Source of the DNA: a virus
Lineage: Duplodnaviria > Caudoviricetes
Length of the DNA stretch: 64,000 bases
Reading direction: 5' to 3' (one strand)
Virus record (IMG/VR): IMGVR_UViG_3300011727_000029
Location: 1 to 64,000 of that record
Below the pieces are notes generated by a model, which searched no databases, was not told where the DNA came from, and was given only the letters and a program-made list of their open reading frames with translations. This document shows, piece by piece, positions 47,277-57,329 of the stretch. The translations under genes were made by a program, and so were the position numbers. Each line of letters begins with the position of its first letter. Position 1 is the first letter of the stretch.

Positions 47277-48605
47277 TTATGCTTTAGTAAAAGCGATTGG
47301 AATTACTTCGTTAATATTTCCGGTAATTGGAGAATAACCTTGATATGTAACTTTTTCACCTGATACGGTAAATTGGTATGTACCGGCCGAATTTAAAGCA
47401 GAAACTAAATCGTTGATGTCATTAATATTTGCTTCAACACTAAAATTTGTAGAACCTAATTTTATTGTGTTTACAAATTTTGGATAACAATCTGATGGCG
47501 GTGTCCATTCGTAAACTGCTTTCTGAACAGGTGGAGTTGGTGTTACTTCAGGACAAGTAGTTTGCGCCATCTCACATCCTGTAAAGTGGAATATTCCATT
47601 AACTGATGGATCATTACATACACGATCCGGCATAAAGAATACATCCCAGTATAAACCAAATTGAAAACGCCACTCTCCGAATTTATCTCCATTTGAACAA
47701 GGCTCATGAATTACATCTAAATCCCACATTACTCCAGTAGTAGGATCAATGATAGAACCGAAGTAAACGTTTTTACCATAACCTTGACTAAATAATCCTT
47801 CGATGTCAGTTACAGATAATCCTTTTAAATCTGTTGTCCATCTACCTGTATTTTCAGTGTATGATACAAATTTTAAAGTTTGTGGATCAAATGCAATTAA
47901 ATGTTCACCTCCTCCAAACGCTTCATTAACCGCCTGGTCATAATAGTAATTTGCATAAGGTAAACCGCCTGTATTAATACCATCTTGATTTTGTCCAGAA
48001 ATTGGAAGTAATGAACGAACAAACTGAACATGAGAACCACCAATCACAACAGGTTGGTTAAGATTTGCATCTGAAAATGTATTTGCAATTATTACATTTC
48101 CAAACGGATCAATTGTTCTTTTTTCCACGTTAAACAATGAAACCATTTTTTTATCTGAACCATCAGGAAAACGCCCCATATTAGCGATGAAATACGCAAT
48201 CAATTGTAAATTGAAAGTTTTTCTAGCTGCTGCTAAAGCATTCGAAAACATTTCCATGAAATAGCTATTTGGTGTAATACCATCTAGGTCATGTAAATCT
48301 TTTGCAGAAATAGAAAAAACAGGAGATTTAGAACATTGTTTAATATACCAATCTTTTGTTTGAGGTTTTAACGTAGTTCCTGTGTCACAAATATTTTTAG
48401 AGCAATCAAACTCTAATTCGCAAATAGGAGGAAAGTATTTAGCTGTAAATTTTCGATTATCATTTTCATTTTTGTAATCACTTTGTTGAATCGTTGTATT
48501 TCGTAAAGATGCAGCAATAACAGCTTCTGAAAATTCATGTCGAATTGCAGAAGTTAAAGACCAATTACGAATCCAACGCTGTACGTTTATGTGAAATTTT
48601 TTCAT
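47277..48605 (-). CDS. Major capsid protein with C-terminal extension
   Basis: 442 aa after scaffold gene, followed by terminator. Confidence 0.65.
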   Translation of the reverse strand: MKKFHINVQRWIRNWSLTSAIRHEFSEAVIAASLRNTTIQQSDYKNENDNRKFTAKYFPPICELEFDCSKNICDTGTTLKPQTKDWYIKQCSKSPVFSISAKDLHDLDGITPNSYFMEMFSNALAAARKTFNLQLIAYFIANMGRFPDGSDKKMVSLFNVEKRTIDPFGNVIIANTFSDANLNQPVVIGGSHVQFVRSLLPISGQNQDGINTGGLPYANYYYDQAVNEAFGGGEHLIAFDPQTLKFVSYTENTGRWTTDLKGLSVTDIEGLFSQGYGKNVYFGSIIDPTTGVMWDLDVIHEPCSNGDKFGEWRFQFGLYWDVFFMPDRVCNDPSVNGIFHFTGCEMAQTTCPEVTPTPPVQKAVYEWTPPSDCYPKFVNTIKLGSTNFSVEANINDINDLVSALNSAGTYQFTVSGEKVTYQGYSPITGNINEVIPIAFTKA

Positions 48606-48727
48606 TATGATAGATTTTTAGATACTTAAAAATGTTTTTTGAAGTTTTTAAGGCACTTCTAAAACCTACCAGTATGGTTTTAGGACTTTACATACATCGT
48701 CCACAAATATTTAAAGTCATTAGCGAA

Positions 48728-49561
48728 TTATAAACTCGCTAATGAATCTTCTGTAGTTTTATCAATTCCAGCATTACTGAAAGAGGTTGCATTACTTGGT
48801 GCTTGATTACCTTTATCCGATCTAGTTTCATCATGTCTATTATCGGTTTTAACAATTCCAATCCCGGTGAAATACTCAGAAGCAAAATCTTTTGGAGTAA
48901 GGAAAGTGTTATCTTTTACGATAACCGGCGACTCTATATTATCCATTTTACGGATTTCAACTTCATTCTTATCATTAAGAACTAAATTATACTGAGCTGA
49001 CAAAGCAGTTTTCAGCAATTCAGTTCTAATTTTTGCATCTCCATCAACTAGAGGAATTTCGGGTAGAACTTTAGTTGCTAAATAATCTGAAATTTTATAA
49101 TCATTCAAACGATTATTTGAATTTAATAACTCAGTTTCATGTTCAGATTTAATTCTTTCAATTTCAGACGTATATTCTTCATTTGTTTTTTTTAGAAGAT
49201 TTCTTAAATCTTCAGAATCCTTACCTTTGTTAGCATCTAAAATTTCGACTAATTTCGAGATCTTTTCAGAATCAGATAAATTTTGTAAATCAGCTAAAGG
49301 AATTTGGTTATTAGATGCTTTACGAATATACCCGTTAAGCTTTCCGCCAAATTCTCCAGCAACTTCTTTAATTTTATCTGGTAAAATAGATTCATTAAAT
49401 TTAGCTAAGAAAACAGGTTCTTTGGACTGAATATACTCATTCAATTTTTCATCTGCGTTAAAAGTTGTATCAACTTCCTCAGCTGAATTAACTATTTCCA
49501 CAGCTTCTGCAATTCCCAATTTTTGAAATAGTGCTTGTATTTGTTCCTTTGTCAGTTTCAT
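48728..49561 (-). CDS. Capsid scaffolding protein
   Basis: Charged coiled coil upstream of capsid. Confidence 0.7.
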   Translation of the reverse strand: MKLTKEQIQALFQKLGIAEAVEIVNSAEEVDTTFNADEKLNEYIQSKEPVFLAKFNESILPDKIKEVAGEFGGKLNGYIRKASNNQIPLADLQNLSDSEKISKLVEILDANKGKDSEDLRNLLKKTNEEYTSEIERIKSEHETELLNSNNRLNDYKISDYLATKVLPEIPLVDGDAKIRTELLKTALSAQYNLVLNDKNEVEIRKMDNIESPVIVKDNTFLTPKDFASEYFTGIGIVKTDNRHDETRSDKGNQAPSNATSFSNAGIDKTTEDSLASL

Positions 49562-49573
49562 ATAATGTTGATG

Positions 49574-49792
49574 TTATTGATTTTTTTTTATCAATTTAAA
49601 TTTTGATTCATCAGAGAAATATTTTTCAAATGAAACAATTGATGTTTTAAATTGATTTCCCTTACTTTCACCTGAGATAGATTCTACCAAACACTCTCCA
49701 AATTTCAATTCAATATCTGAAACTTTTGAAGTTTCAATAATTTCAGGTTGTAATGGTTTATTCTCTTCTAAAGTATTATCCTTTTTTGCCAT
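49574..49792 (-). CDS. Hypothetical protein
   Basis: 72 aa in head operon. Confidence 0.6.
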   Translation of the reverse strand: MAKKDNTLEENKPLQPEIIETSKVSDIELKFGECLVESISGESKGNQFKTSIVSFEKYFSDESKFKLIKKNQ

Positions 49793-49794
49793 GA

Positions 49795-50106
49795 CTATTT
49801 TTTGAATTTTGAAATAATCTCACTTGTTTTTGCACTTACACTAACTTTGAAATGAGCTCCTTGAACTTGAACACGTCCATCTTCAATAATTTGAACAGGT
49901 ACGTTTTTAGGTTCTATAATTTCAGCTTTTAATGGCTCAATAACCGGATCAGTGTTTAATTCTCCTGATTCAGGTTGATTATCCTCAGTAATAACAGTTT
50001 CCAAAAATTCTGTTTTATTTTCAGCTTCTTGAGTTTCTAAATTCTCAATAACCGGATCAGTGTTTAATTCTCCTGATTCAGGTTGATTATTTTTTTTCTT
50101 AGCCAT
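49795..50106 (-). CDS. Acidic low-complexity protein with duplicated motif
   Basis: NQPESGELNTDPVIE twice. Confidence 0.65.
   Translation of the reverse strand: MAKKKNNQPESGELNTDPVIENLETQEAENKTEFLETVITEDNQPESGELNTDPVIEPLKAEIIEPKNVPVQIIEDGRVQVQGAHFKVSVSAKTSEIISKFKK
49936..50090. repeat. Perfect 47-bp direct repeat (49936..49982 and 50044..50090)
   Basis: CTCAATAACCGGATCAGTGTTTAATTCTCCTGATTCAGGTTGATTAT x2, 108-bp period. Confidence 0.9.
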
Positions 50107-50122
50107 AGGAATAATATTTATA

Positions 50123-50142
50123 CAAATATAAATAATATATAT
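50123..50142 (-). promoter_or_regulatory. Prophage 2 internal late-region promoter (copy 1)
   Basis: Plus strand CAAATATA-AAT-AATATATAT. Confidence 0.55.
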
Positions 50143-50145
50143 TTA

Positions 50146-51834
50146 TTAATTCATATTATTTATTTCATTTATTAATTCTTCAACTGATTTTTGACGAATG
50201 TAATCTTTTGTTTTTGTGAGAATAATGTTTTCTACTCTACTTTTAATTGTTCGTGAATTTTGAATATCATCATTTGTGATGATACCAATTTCTTTTGCAG
50301 TTGAGATTTCTGTTAATGATAAACCAAAAGTGCTATCTAGTGTAGCATAAATTTGATTAATTTTTAAATCAATGTCATTTCCTTTGTAACGTTTGTTTAC
50401 AAATTCATTGATTAAATATTTACGCACATGTAACGGGGTTCCGTTTGTTTGAGCAGAAGTTAATTCTGTTAATAATTCAAGGGCTGTTTGAGTTTCAAAT
50501 TTATAAGGTTTTTGCAACGTAAAACCTCCTTCGAATTTGGGTTTTGGAGTTCTATATGCAATAAAACATTTTAAACAAAAATCTTTCAGTTCAAATAATC
50601 TGTCCGATATACTAGAAGTAAATTGATATAGATTATCCCTGTCAATTGTTTTTGCAACACCACTTTGAGCTGCATCAACTTTTAATAAATTTAAAGCATC
50701 AAGAATTGAATTAAATAGATCTTTATTTTTGTTTCTATGATACTGATTAATATTAACATCAGGGTTAATAATTTTAACCATTTCTTTATCCATTTCATTA
50801 ACAGGAACTTCATAACGTTCCGCTGGATTAATAGATATTTGTTTTTTTCCTTGACATGTTTTACATTCAACTTGACGGGTCCCGTTAGGATAAATCTCAC
50901 AAACATCTACAACCTCCTGATTTGTTCCAAGACCGTTACAAGTAGGACATTCAACTAAAGCCTGTTGAATATATGGATGAGAGGCTTCCTTATCAATTAA
51001 CTGTTCTGAAGAGTATGATGAAATATATTCATCCGCATAAGGAATCGCATCATCAATAAATGATTTATAAATTCCATTGTCATAAACACCCCCTAACTTT
51101 ATTGATGGTAAGAATTTGAAATCATGACGAAAATAACCTTCTTCTTCTTGAATCCATTCTGATTTTTCATTTTTCTCAAATCGTATAATATCTTCTTTGT
51201 TTATCCAAAATGAATATTTATCATCCTGCGTTTTATAAATTAGATTTTCGTCATCTTGATAAAGAATATCTATACATCTAATATATTGAAATGAAATATC
51301 TAGTGGCTTATTTTCTTCAATAGTTTCAAGTCGATGTTTACTAGGAATTATTACGATAAAGCCATTAGGATCTTCAAATAAAGTTTGAAGAATGATATTC
51401 TTGAATAATGAAATGAAATTATTCTTTTCTTGAAAATTATTTCCCTCTAAATAATCAGAATTTGATTTATCATCTATTTTTAAAGTATGTTTAATATCTT
51501 GATAAATCAATCCTCTGACAACTTTTATAAGTCTTTGAAAAGCTGACTTAGTGAGTGGTTTGTATTGAGAATAACGCCACCATCTAGTAACTTCTTCTTC
51601 TCTAGGATGTCTTGATAATATAAATTTTTCAAATAAGTCTTGATAATTACCATCAATATAACCAGGAGGTTTAATGTATCCGGAATTATTATTTTTTGAC
51701 AAGTCTTTAAATGCAGGGCGTACGCCTTTAGTATGTAAAGTAATTGCATAATAAACGTCCCTAGCTTCTTTGTATGAAGTAGGAACGCTTTGTTTTTTTA
51801 CAATTTCTATAACTTCCTTAATTTCCATTACCAT
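50146..51834 (-). CDS. Portal protein with Zn-finger-like insert
   Basis: 562 aa, SGVAK motif; CPTCNGLG and CKTCQGKK. Confidence 0.75.
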   Translation of the reverse strand: MVMEIKEVIEIVKKQSVPTSYKEARDVYYAITLHTKGVRPAFKDLSKNNNSGYIKPPGYIDGNYQDLFEKFILSRHPREEEVTRWWRYSQYKPLTKSAFQRLIKVVRGLIYQDIKHTLKIDDKSNSDYLEGNNFQEKNNFISLFKNIILQTLFEDPNGFIVIIPSKHRLETIEENKPLDISFQYIRCIDILYQDDENLIYKTQDDKYSFWINKEDIIRFEKNEKSEWIQEEEGYFRHDFKFLPSIKLGGVYDNGIYKSFIDDAIPYADEYISSYSSEQLIDKEASHPYIQQALVECPTCNGLGTNQEVVDVCEIYPNGTRQVECKTCQGKKQISINPAERYEVPVNEMDKEMVKIINPDVNINQYHRNKNKDLFNSILDALNLLKVDAAQSGVAKTIDRDNLYQFTSSISDRLFELKDFCLKCFIAYRTPKPKFEGGFTLQKPYKFETQTALELLTELTSAQTNGTPLHVRKYLINEFVNKRYKGNDIDLKINQIYATLDSTFGLSLTEISTAKEIGIITNDDIQNSRTIKSRVENIILTKTKDYIRQKSVEELINEINNMN

Positions 51835-52445
51835 TTACCATTTAAGGCGGTTACAGTGTTAAGGTTGATTAACGGTTTGTACTTCATTGACAAAGGATCA
51901 CCTTGAAAAGTTAAAGTACCAGCTTTAATTTCGATTGCACCACCACGTTGAAGATTTTCAAAATTTCTAAACATTGTGAATGTTGCTTTCAAGCCATAAC
52001 CATTTTCATCAACAGGAGCTACAAAATCACCGTTTTTCATGACAAATGCATAATTCAATTGATCTTCATGATCAATTTTATCTTGCCAAAAATCATAATC
52101 CAGAAATAAATTTGGAGTATCTCCCGGAACTTCAACTTTTATTCTATCCTCAAAGTTAACTTGACGTTCGACAATTTCTTGTTTAGCAGGTCTACTATCA
52201 GATAATTTTCTTTCTTCTGTGACTGGATCAGCAAAAGAAACATTTACTAATTCGTTTGAAAAAACCAAACCACCAGCTGTTACTAACGCTTCTAGGGCTG
52301 CAGCATCCAATGGCGATGGTAATTTTACATCACATTTATAAAAAGCTAGAGATCGAAGATTTACTTCTCTATATTCAATTTTGCAAGAGGCAGGTTTTAC
52401 TTCCACCATATCAAAATCAGCACAAGCAGTTGGACAAAAAGACAT
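51828..52445 (-). CDS. Probable major tail (tube) protein
   Basis: About 205 aa, beta-rich, GTLTFQG C-terminal motif. Confidence 0.5.
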   Translation of the reverse strand: MSFCPTACADFDMVEVKPASCKIEYREVNLRSLAFYKCDVKLPSPLDAAALEALVTAGGLVFSNELVNVSFADPVTEERKLSDSRPAKQEIVERQVNFEDRIKVEVPGDTPNLFLDYDFWQDKIDHEDQLNYAFVMKNGDFVAPVDENGYGLKATFTMFRNFENLQRGGAIEIKAGTLTFQGDPLSMKYKPLINLNTVTALNGKW

Positions 52446-52477
52446 ATTTAACAATTTTAGAATTAAACAATTATATA

Positions 52478-52497
52478 CAAATATAATTAATATAAAT
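52478..52497 (-). promoter_or_regulatory. Prophage 2 internal late-region promoter (copy 2)
   Basis: Plus strand CAAATATA-ATT-AATATAAAT. Confidence 0.55.
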
Positions 52498-52547
52498 ATT
52501 AATATTCGTAAAATATATAATTTACTTTTGTTTTTTTCCTAAAACGA

Positions 52548-53498
52548 TTAATTATGTATTTCAATTTTTACATCAGTAAGTAAATCATGGCTTGCGGTTC
52601 CCTCTCTTTGACTTCTAACAAAAAAACTTGAACCATCATTATTAAAACCATAACCAGTTCCATATAAGCCCATTCTATTACTTCCATAATAAGTATGTTG
52701 TCTACCCCAATCTCCCAAATCTTTGACCTCGGATTCAAACCATTCTCTTAAATTATTATAATTTGATTGAGCTTCATATTCATTATTAAATTGAACTACA
52801 AAACCGCTTTTTCTTTCGAATTTAATATAAATCTTAATTTTAAATCCTTGTCTAATTCTTATCAATTCTTGAGTTCCTTCTTTATAAAATTTAGGTTCTG
52901 TATATGTTTCATAAGAGTATCGAAGCTTTGTGTACTTTTCAAAAACTCTATTAATAGTTTCCTTGTATCTAACAGAAAGAATATTAGAAAATGCTGTATT
53001 ATTTTTAGAATCTGTCACTTTTACTCTATAAAAATAATCATTTGGACTATTACCAGATACTAGATAATTGTTAGAAACAACACCAATACTAATCCAGTTA
53101 TTACCATCTGTAGAAGTTTCACCTTCAATCATCACAATGTCATTATCAGTATCAGTGGCATTAATACCTATATTGTATCCGAAATTGTTTTCATATTCTC
53201 TTTCTTCAGTATTTTGACTGTCATTCCAAAAAATATCAACATTAGGCGGGTTTCCCTCGTTTTCATCAAAACAGAAATTCTCAATATATCCGGGAGTTGA
53301 AAGAGTTCCATCCGGGCACACGGTTTTTATTTCTGCTATATATTTTTCTTCATCTAAATTCGGAATTGTAAAAGTATTTGTGATAGGATTCGGCAGAAAA
53401 TCTAACCAAACCCCATCTTGTTTTTTATAACGTACTCTAAAGCTCATTCCTTCATCTAAAACAGGATTAGCTATTGATATTTCCCAGTTAAATGCCAT
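52548..53498 (-). CDS. Tail accessory protein with FN3/Ig-like domains
   Basis: FRVRYKK..YIAEIKTVC and YFYRVKVTD..SN FN3-type patterns. Confidence 0.6.
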   Translation of the reverse strand: MAFNWEISIANPVLDEGMSFRVRYKKQDGVWLDFLPNPITNTFTIPNLDEEKYIAEIKTVCPDGTLSTPGYIENFCFDENEGNPPNVDIFWNDSQNTEEREYENNFGYNIGINATDTDNDIVMIEGETSTDGNNWISIGVVSNNYLVSGNSPNDYFYRVKVTDSKNNTAFSNILSVRYKETINRVFEKYTKLRYSYETYTEPKFYKEGTQELIRIRQGFKIKIYIKFERKSGFVVQFNNEYEAQSNYNNLREWFESEVKDLGDWGRQHTYYGSNRMGLYGTGYGFNNDGSSFFVRSQREGTASHDLLTDVKIEIHN

Positions 53499-55341
53499 TT
53501 ATATTGTATTTAAGGTTAATTGAAATTGATAAATATCCTTTAGAAAAATCTAAATTCTCACTCATGTAATAAATATTTCCATCGTTAAGAATTGTAATAT
53601 CAGTAATGTCATCATCAAAATTTAATGATTCTATAGGTCTTAAATCAGGAGATAGATAACCGAAATTTTCACTTGTCCACTCAATTGTAGAATCAGTGAT
53701 TTCTTCATTGTAAACAGTAAAGTTTAAGGTAACATTACCAAGCTGATCAACTTCTAATATAAATCCATTTAGCAGCTTCCATGTATCATACAAAGTGATG
53801 TTTCCTTTCGTAATTAATGGATCTAGACATCTGCTTGTTATTCCAAGAGGTTTGAAACAAGATTCGAAAATAATACATTTAGAGGTTATTGTATTTGGAG
53901 GGGTGCAAATTCCCTCTATTCCATCACATAAGTTATTTGGACTAACACAATCATCTCTACGATTGTAAATTCTGTTAGTTGGTGAATACTCCCAATAATG
54001 TATATAAGATGGAACAATACCATATGTATCTATTTTAATAACTGCAATTGGTGTACATTCTATCTTAGTAACATCAAAATCTTCTACAGAAATAACACCT
54101 GATAATGAGTTGAAATAATTTAAAAGATCTTGATATAAAAACCCTATTAATTTGCCATTTTCATCATAATAAGCCTGATCTTTAGTTCCTCCAAAAATGC
54201 TAAAATAGTAGCAAAGCATAGAGCATTCTTCTTGGCAGCTAAATTCATTTACAATTACTTTTTTTTCTAAAACAGTATCTAAAATCCAACTACATGTATT
54301 TCGAATAGTATCATTTTTAAATATTGCACCTTTTTTATGAACGTATTCTACAGAATCTAAATAAACATTTTTGCCACTGAATACAGTTTCTATTTCATCC
54401 GATTTCCATTGAGGAAATACAATCAAACCGGTAAATTTAAAAATTGAAGTATAATCAACTCTTTGAGTTCTACCTAAAAAAGAAACTTCTTTTTGAAAAT
54501 CTACTGGTTGTTTTTTTATTTCTGATTCAATCCATTGTGAATTAGAATATTTTAAGTCAGGATCATTTCCTAGATAGTTTAATAATTCCTTTGGATCACC
54601 ATAATACAGTCCGGTAATATTATCCAGACATTCATAAGTACTTTCAAGCCTTGAAATAGGAAGTTTACAACCATTTTCATCTACTGCGTAAACTGCATAA
54701 ATTGGTAGAACTTTCGTTGTGCCACCTCCCAAAACACCAGCCAAAGGAAAAGCTAAAGCAGTAGAACGTAGTATTTCAATTTTGGATATTTGAGAACAAT
54801 CAAAATAAAGTTGCCATTTATTAGTGCCTTGTTGATAAATTGATTCAAAATGATTCGGTAATTCTGAAGGATTTTGAATAATTAAATTAGAATTTAATTT
54901 TATAAAGCTTTTACCTAATGAAAAATTATCCCACTCAATTTCTTCAAACTCAACATAACATCTTTTATTCGGATGTAATCGTCTATAGGTTTCAGTAATT
55001 TTATTAAAAATAGTTTGTCCGTTATTTTTAATTTCAACTTTAAATGTAAAACAATCTGTAGGAAAATTATTTCCCCATTCTCTTAGCTGTAAGTTGAAGT
55101 ATCTGAATTTATAAATTGATTTTGCAAACTGAATACGGAATTGATCAGTAACATCTTTAATAAAAGTTTCACCATTGCAATTATATAGTTTAATTTCTAT
55201 TGTATAATCATTCCAAGTTTGTTCAGGCAATCGACCTTGCAAATTAATATCAGAAGCAACAATAACAGGTTGAGAGTATGGTTTTTCAAAACCACATAAG
55301 TTATTAATTTGCAACTGTGAAAGTGTGTCAACAAATATCAT
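53488..55341 (-). CDS. Tail tip protein
   Basis: 617 aa in tail-tip block after tape measure. Confidence 0.55.
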   Translation of the reverse strand: MIFVDTLSQLQINNLCGFEKPYSQPVIVASDINLQGRLPEQTWNDYTIEIKLYNCNGETFIKDVTDQFRIQFAKSIYKFRYFNLQLREWGNNFPTDCFTFKVEIKNNGQTIFNKITETYRRLHPNKRCYVEFEEIEWDNFSLGKSFIKLNSNLIIQNPSELPNHFESIYQQGTNKWQLYFDCSQISKIEILRSTALAFPLAGVLGGGTTKVLPIYAVYAVDENGCKLPISRLESTYECLDNITGLYYGDPKELLNYLGNDPDLKYSNSQWIESEIKKQPVDFQKEVSFLGRTQRVDYTSIFKFTGLIVFPQWKSDEIETVFSGKNVYLDSVEYVHKKGAIFKNDTIRNTCSWILDTVLEKKVIVNEFSCQEECSMLCYYFSIFGGTKDQAYYDENGKLIGFLYQDLLNYFNSLSGVISVEDFDVTKIECTPIAVIKIDTYGIVPSYIHYWEYSPTNRIYNRRDDCVSPNNLCDGIEGICTPPNTITSKCIIFESCFKPLGITSRCLDPLITKGNITLYDTWKLLNGFILEVDQLGNVTLNFTVYNEEITDSTIEWTSENFGYLSPDLRPIESLNFDDDITDITILNDGNIYYMSENLDFSKGYLSISINLKYNINGI

Positions 55342-57329
55342 ATTCTTCCTTTTATTTTAATATGCCTACCTCTATTATTTCTACTGTCAAAGTTTAATTC
55401 AATTTCTTTTATAATTCCATCCTTATAAAATTCTCCAGCATCGATTTTTACTTTTCTTTCAATATTGATATTTCCCGAATCATTAAAAATATTTAATCGC
55501 TGTAAGTTTTCACAACATAAAGGAATTGACAATTCAAATTCTTTATTAAATACCGGATTAATTCGCGGATCTTCTGATTGATGAAAATCCCAAAGATTAC
55601 CTTTATACTGTGCATCAAAAAACATCGGGTAGTTAATTAAATATGAATTTTCTTTCAAAAAACTATCATATTGTTCATCTCCTTTATCTGCTTTATTATA
55701 CGGAATTCCCTCTGTATTATATTTATCATTTGGACTTGGAAGCAAATGATCATATTGGTATTTTCTTTGTGGCTTTGCTGCCTTTTTTGTTTGTCCATCC
55801 CAAATAATTAAACGTGGTAGCATAGTTGTGTTATTTTGCATGACAACAGAATATTTATATCTATCCATTCTTTTTTTAACTTCATTCTTCGATACTAAAA
55901 AAGTTGGACCAGTAAATAAGACTGCTAAAAAATCACCCCATTGGCCAAGTGGGTTTAATGTTTGACTTACATAATCCTTTTCAATTCCATCATTTCTAAA
56001 TCTAGTAGGAGCAAAGTCAATTAAAGTTTTGTCATCATAACCTGACAAAATAGGATTTATAGGTTTATTAAATTCTACAATATCATTATATCTTCTTCTA
56101 GAATCGGATGTAAGATTATCAAAAGGATCTACTGAATAACCAACACGCATATATGCAGGTTTTGAAACTTCATTCCAAGAAAAACAAATATTATCTATGA
56201 TTAATTTTTTATCTTCACCAATAAAATCAAAAACATAATCATGATTTTCTAATTTATCAACATGATCAAAATATAAAACACCACCCTTTACAAACCATTT
56301 TGCATTGAATACTTTTTTTAGTTTATCTAAAAGCATATCAAGTGTTAGTAATGGATCGTTATCTGGAATCCAAAAATTATCTGAATCTTTATCAACACCC
56401 TTTTTAGTTTCAGCAGAAAACCATGTAAGATTATAATAATCTGAATCAGGATTAAAAAACCATGGAATAGAATCTTGAGTAATTGTAATGCCACATTTTG
56501 AGCATACATTTGTGATGTAATCTCTTATTAAAGGAGCCGGGTGTTCACGACCACAACCAAATAAATCAACAAATAGTTCGAGAAACATATTTTTAATATC
56601 TTTTAGATCTGGAATTTTTTTTATTTCTCGTTTCAACTTTTTCAGCTTTCCAAAAGAAAGAAAATTTAAAACACTAACTAAAACATTTAAAATACCTTTT
56701 ATTACAGTCAGGAATAAACCTAAAACAGAAGCTATAATACCTGCAACACCTAATATTTGAAATAGTAAGGACAACAAAAATGTTGGTCTAAATTCATTAC
56801 AATATGAGAATCTAGGATGTTGATATTTTCCATCAAACATATTCATATGATTATCTGTAATCAATGTAGAATAAATACAAGTATAGAAATCATCCTTTTG
56901 TTTAAGATTTACATCAATGTTACAATATGAATCGGTACAATAACTAATTCCATCACTTTTTATTATTAAGTCAACTATATCGCCACAATTCTCAATCTCA
57001 ATTCTGACTTCAATTCCATTTAACGGAGAAGCAACATGATCAATTAGCCACAACTTTACAAATTCAAATGCTTCACCAATAAACTGCAACTCATTAGATA
57101 CTGATTTTTCAATATTAGAAATTGATTTTGTATTTTCAGTAGAACGTACTTTCCAAGAAGTTGAAAATTCATTCAAATTATCAATGAAATTTGAATAATC
57201 TTTCCATTCGTTATCTGGTAAATATCCTTGTACAACATTTAATGAATTAGGATTTAACCCAGAATACCAAACAGGCTTTTGATACTCATCATAAAGCTGA
57301 AGCTTTCGCATAAATAATTTCAACTTCAT
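55338..57329 (-). CDS. Tail tip/hub protein with hydrophobic segment
   Basis: 663 aa immediately after tape measure. Confidence 0.6.
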   Translation of the reverse strand: MKLKLFMRKLQLYDEYQKPVWYSGLNPNSLNVVQGYLPDNEWKDYSNFIDNLNEFSTSWKVRSTENTKSISNIEKSVSNELQFIGEAFEFVKLWLIDHVASPLNGIEVRIEIENCGDIVDLIIKSDGISYCTDSYCNIDVNLKQKDDFYTCIYSTLITDNHMNMFDGKYQHPRFSYCNEFRPTFLLSLLFQILGVAGIIASVLGLFLTVIKGILNVLVSVLNFLSFGKLKKLKREIKKIPDLKDIKNMFLELFVDLFGCGREHPAPLIRDYITNVCSKCGITITQDSIPWFFNPDSDYYNLTWFSAETKKGVDKDSDNFWIPDNDPLLTLDMLLDKLKKVFNAKWFVKGGVLYFDHVDKLENHDYVFDFIGEDKKLIIDNICFSWNEVSKPAYMRVGYSVDPFDNLTSDSRRRYNDIVEFNKPINPILSGYDDKTLIDFAPTRFRNDGIEKDYVSQTLNPLGQWGDFLAVLFTGPTFLVSKNEVKKRMDRYKYSVVMQNNTTMLPRLIIWDGQTKKAAKPQRKYQYDHLLPSPNDKYNTEGIPYNKADKGDEQYDSFLKENSYLINYPMFFDAQYKGNLWDFHQSEDPRINPVFNKEFELSIPLCCENLQRLNIFNDSGNINIERKVKIDAGEFYKDGIIKEIELNFDSRNNRGRHIKIKGRI

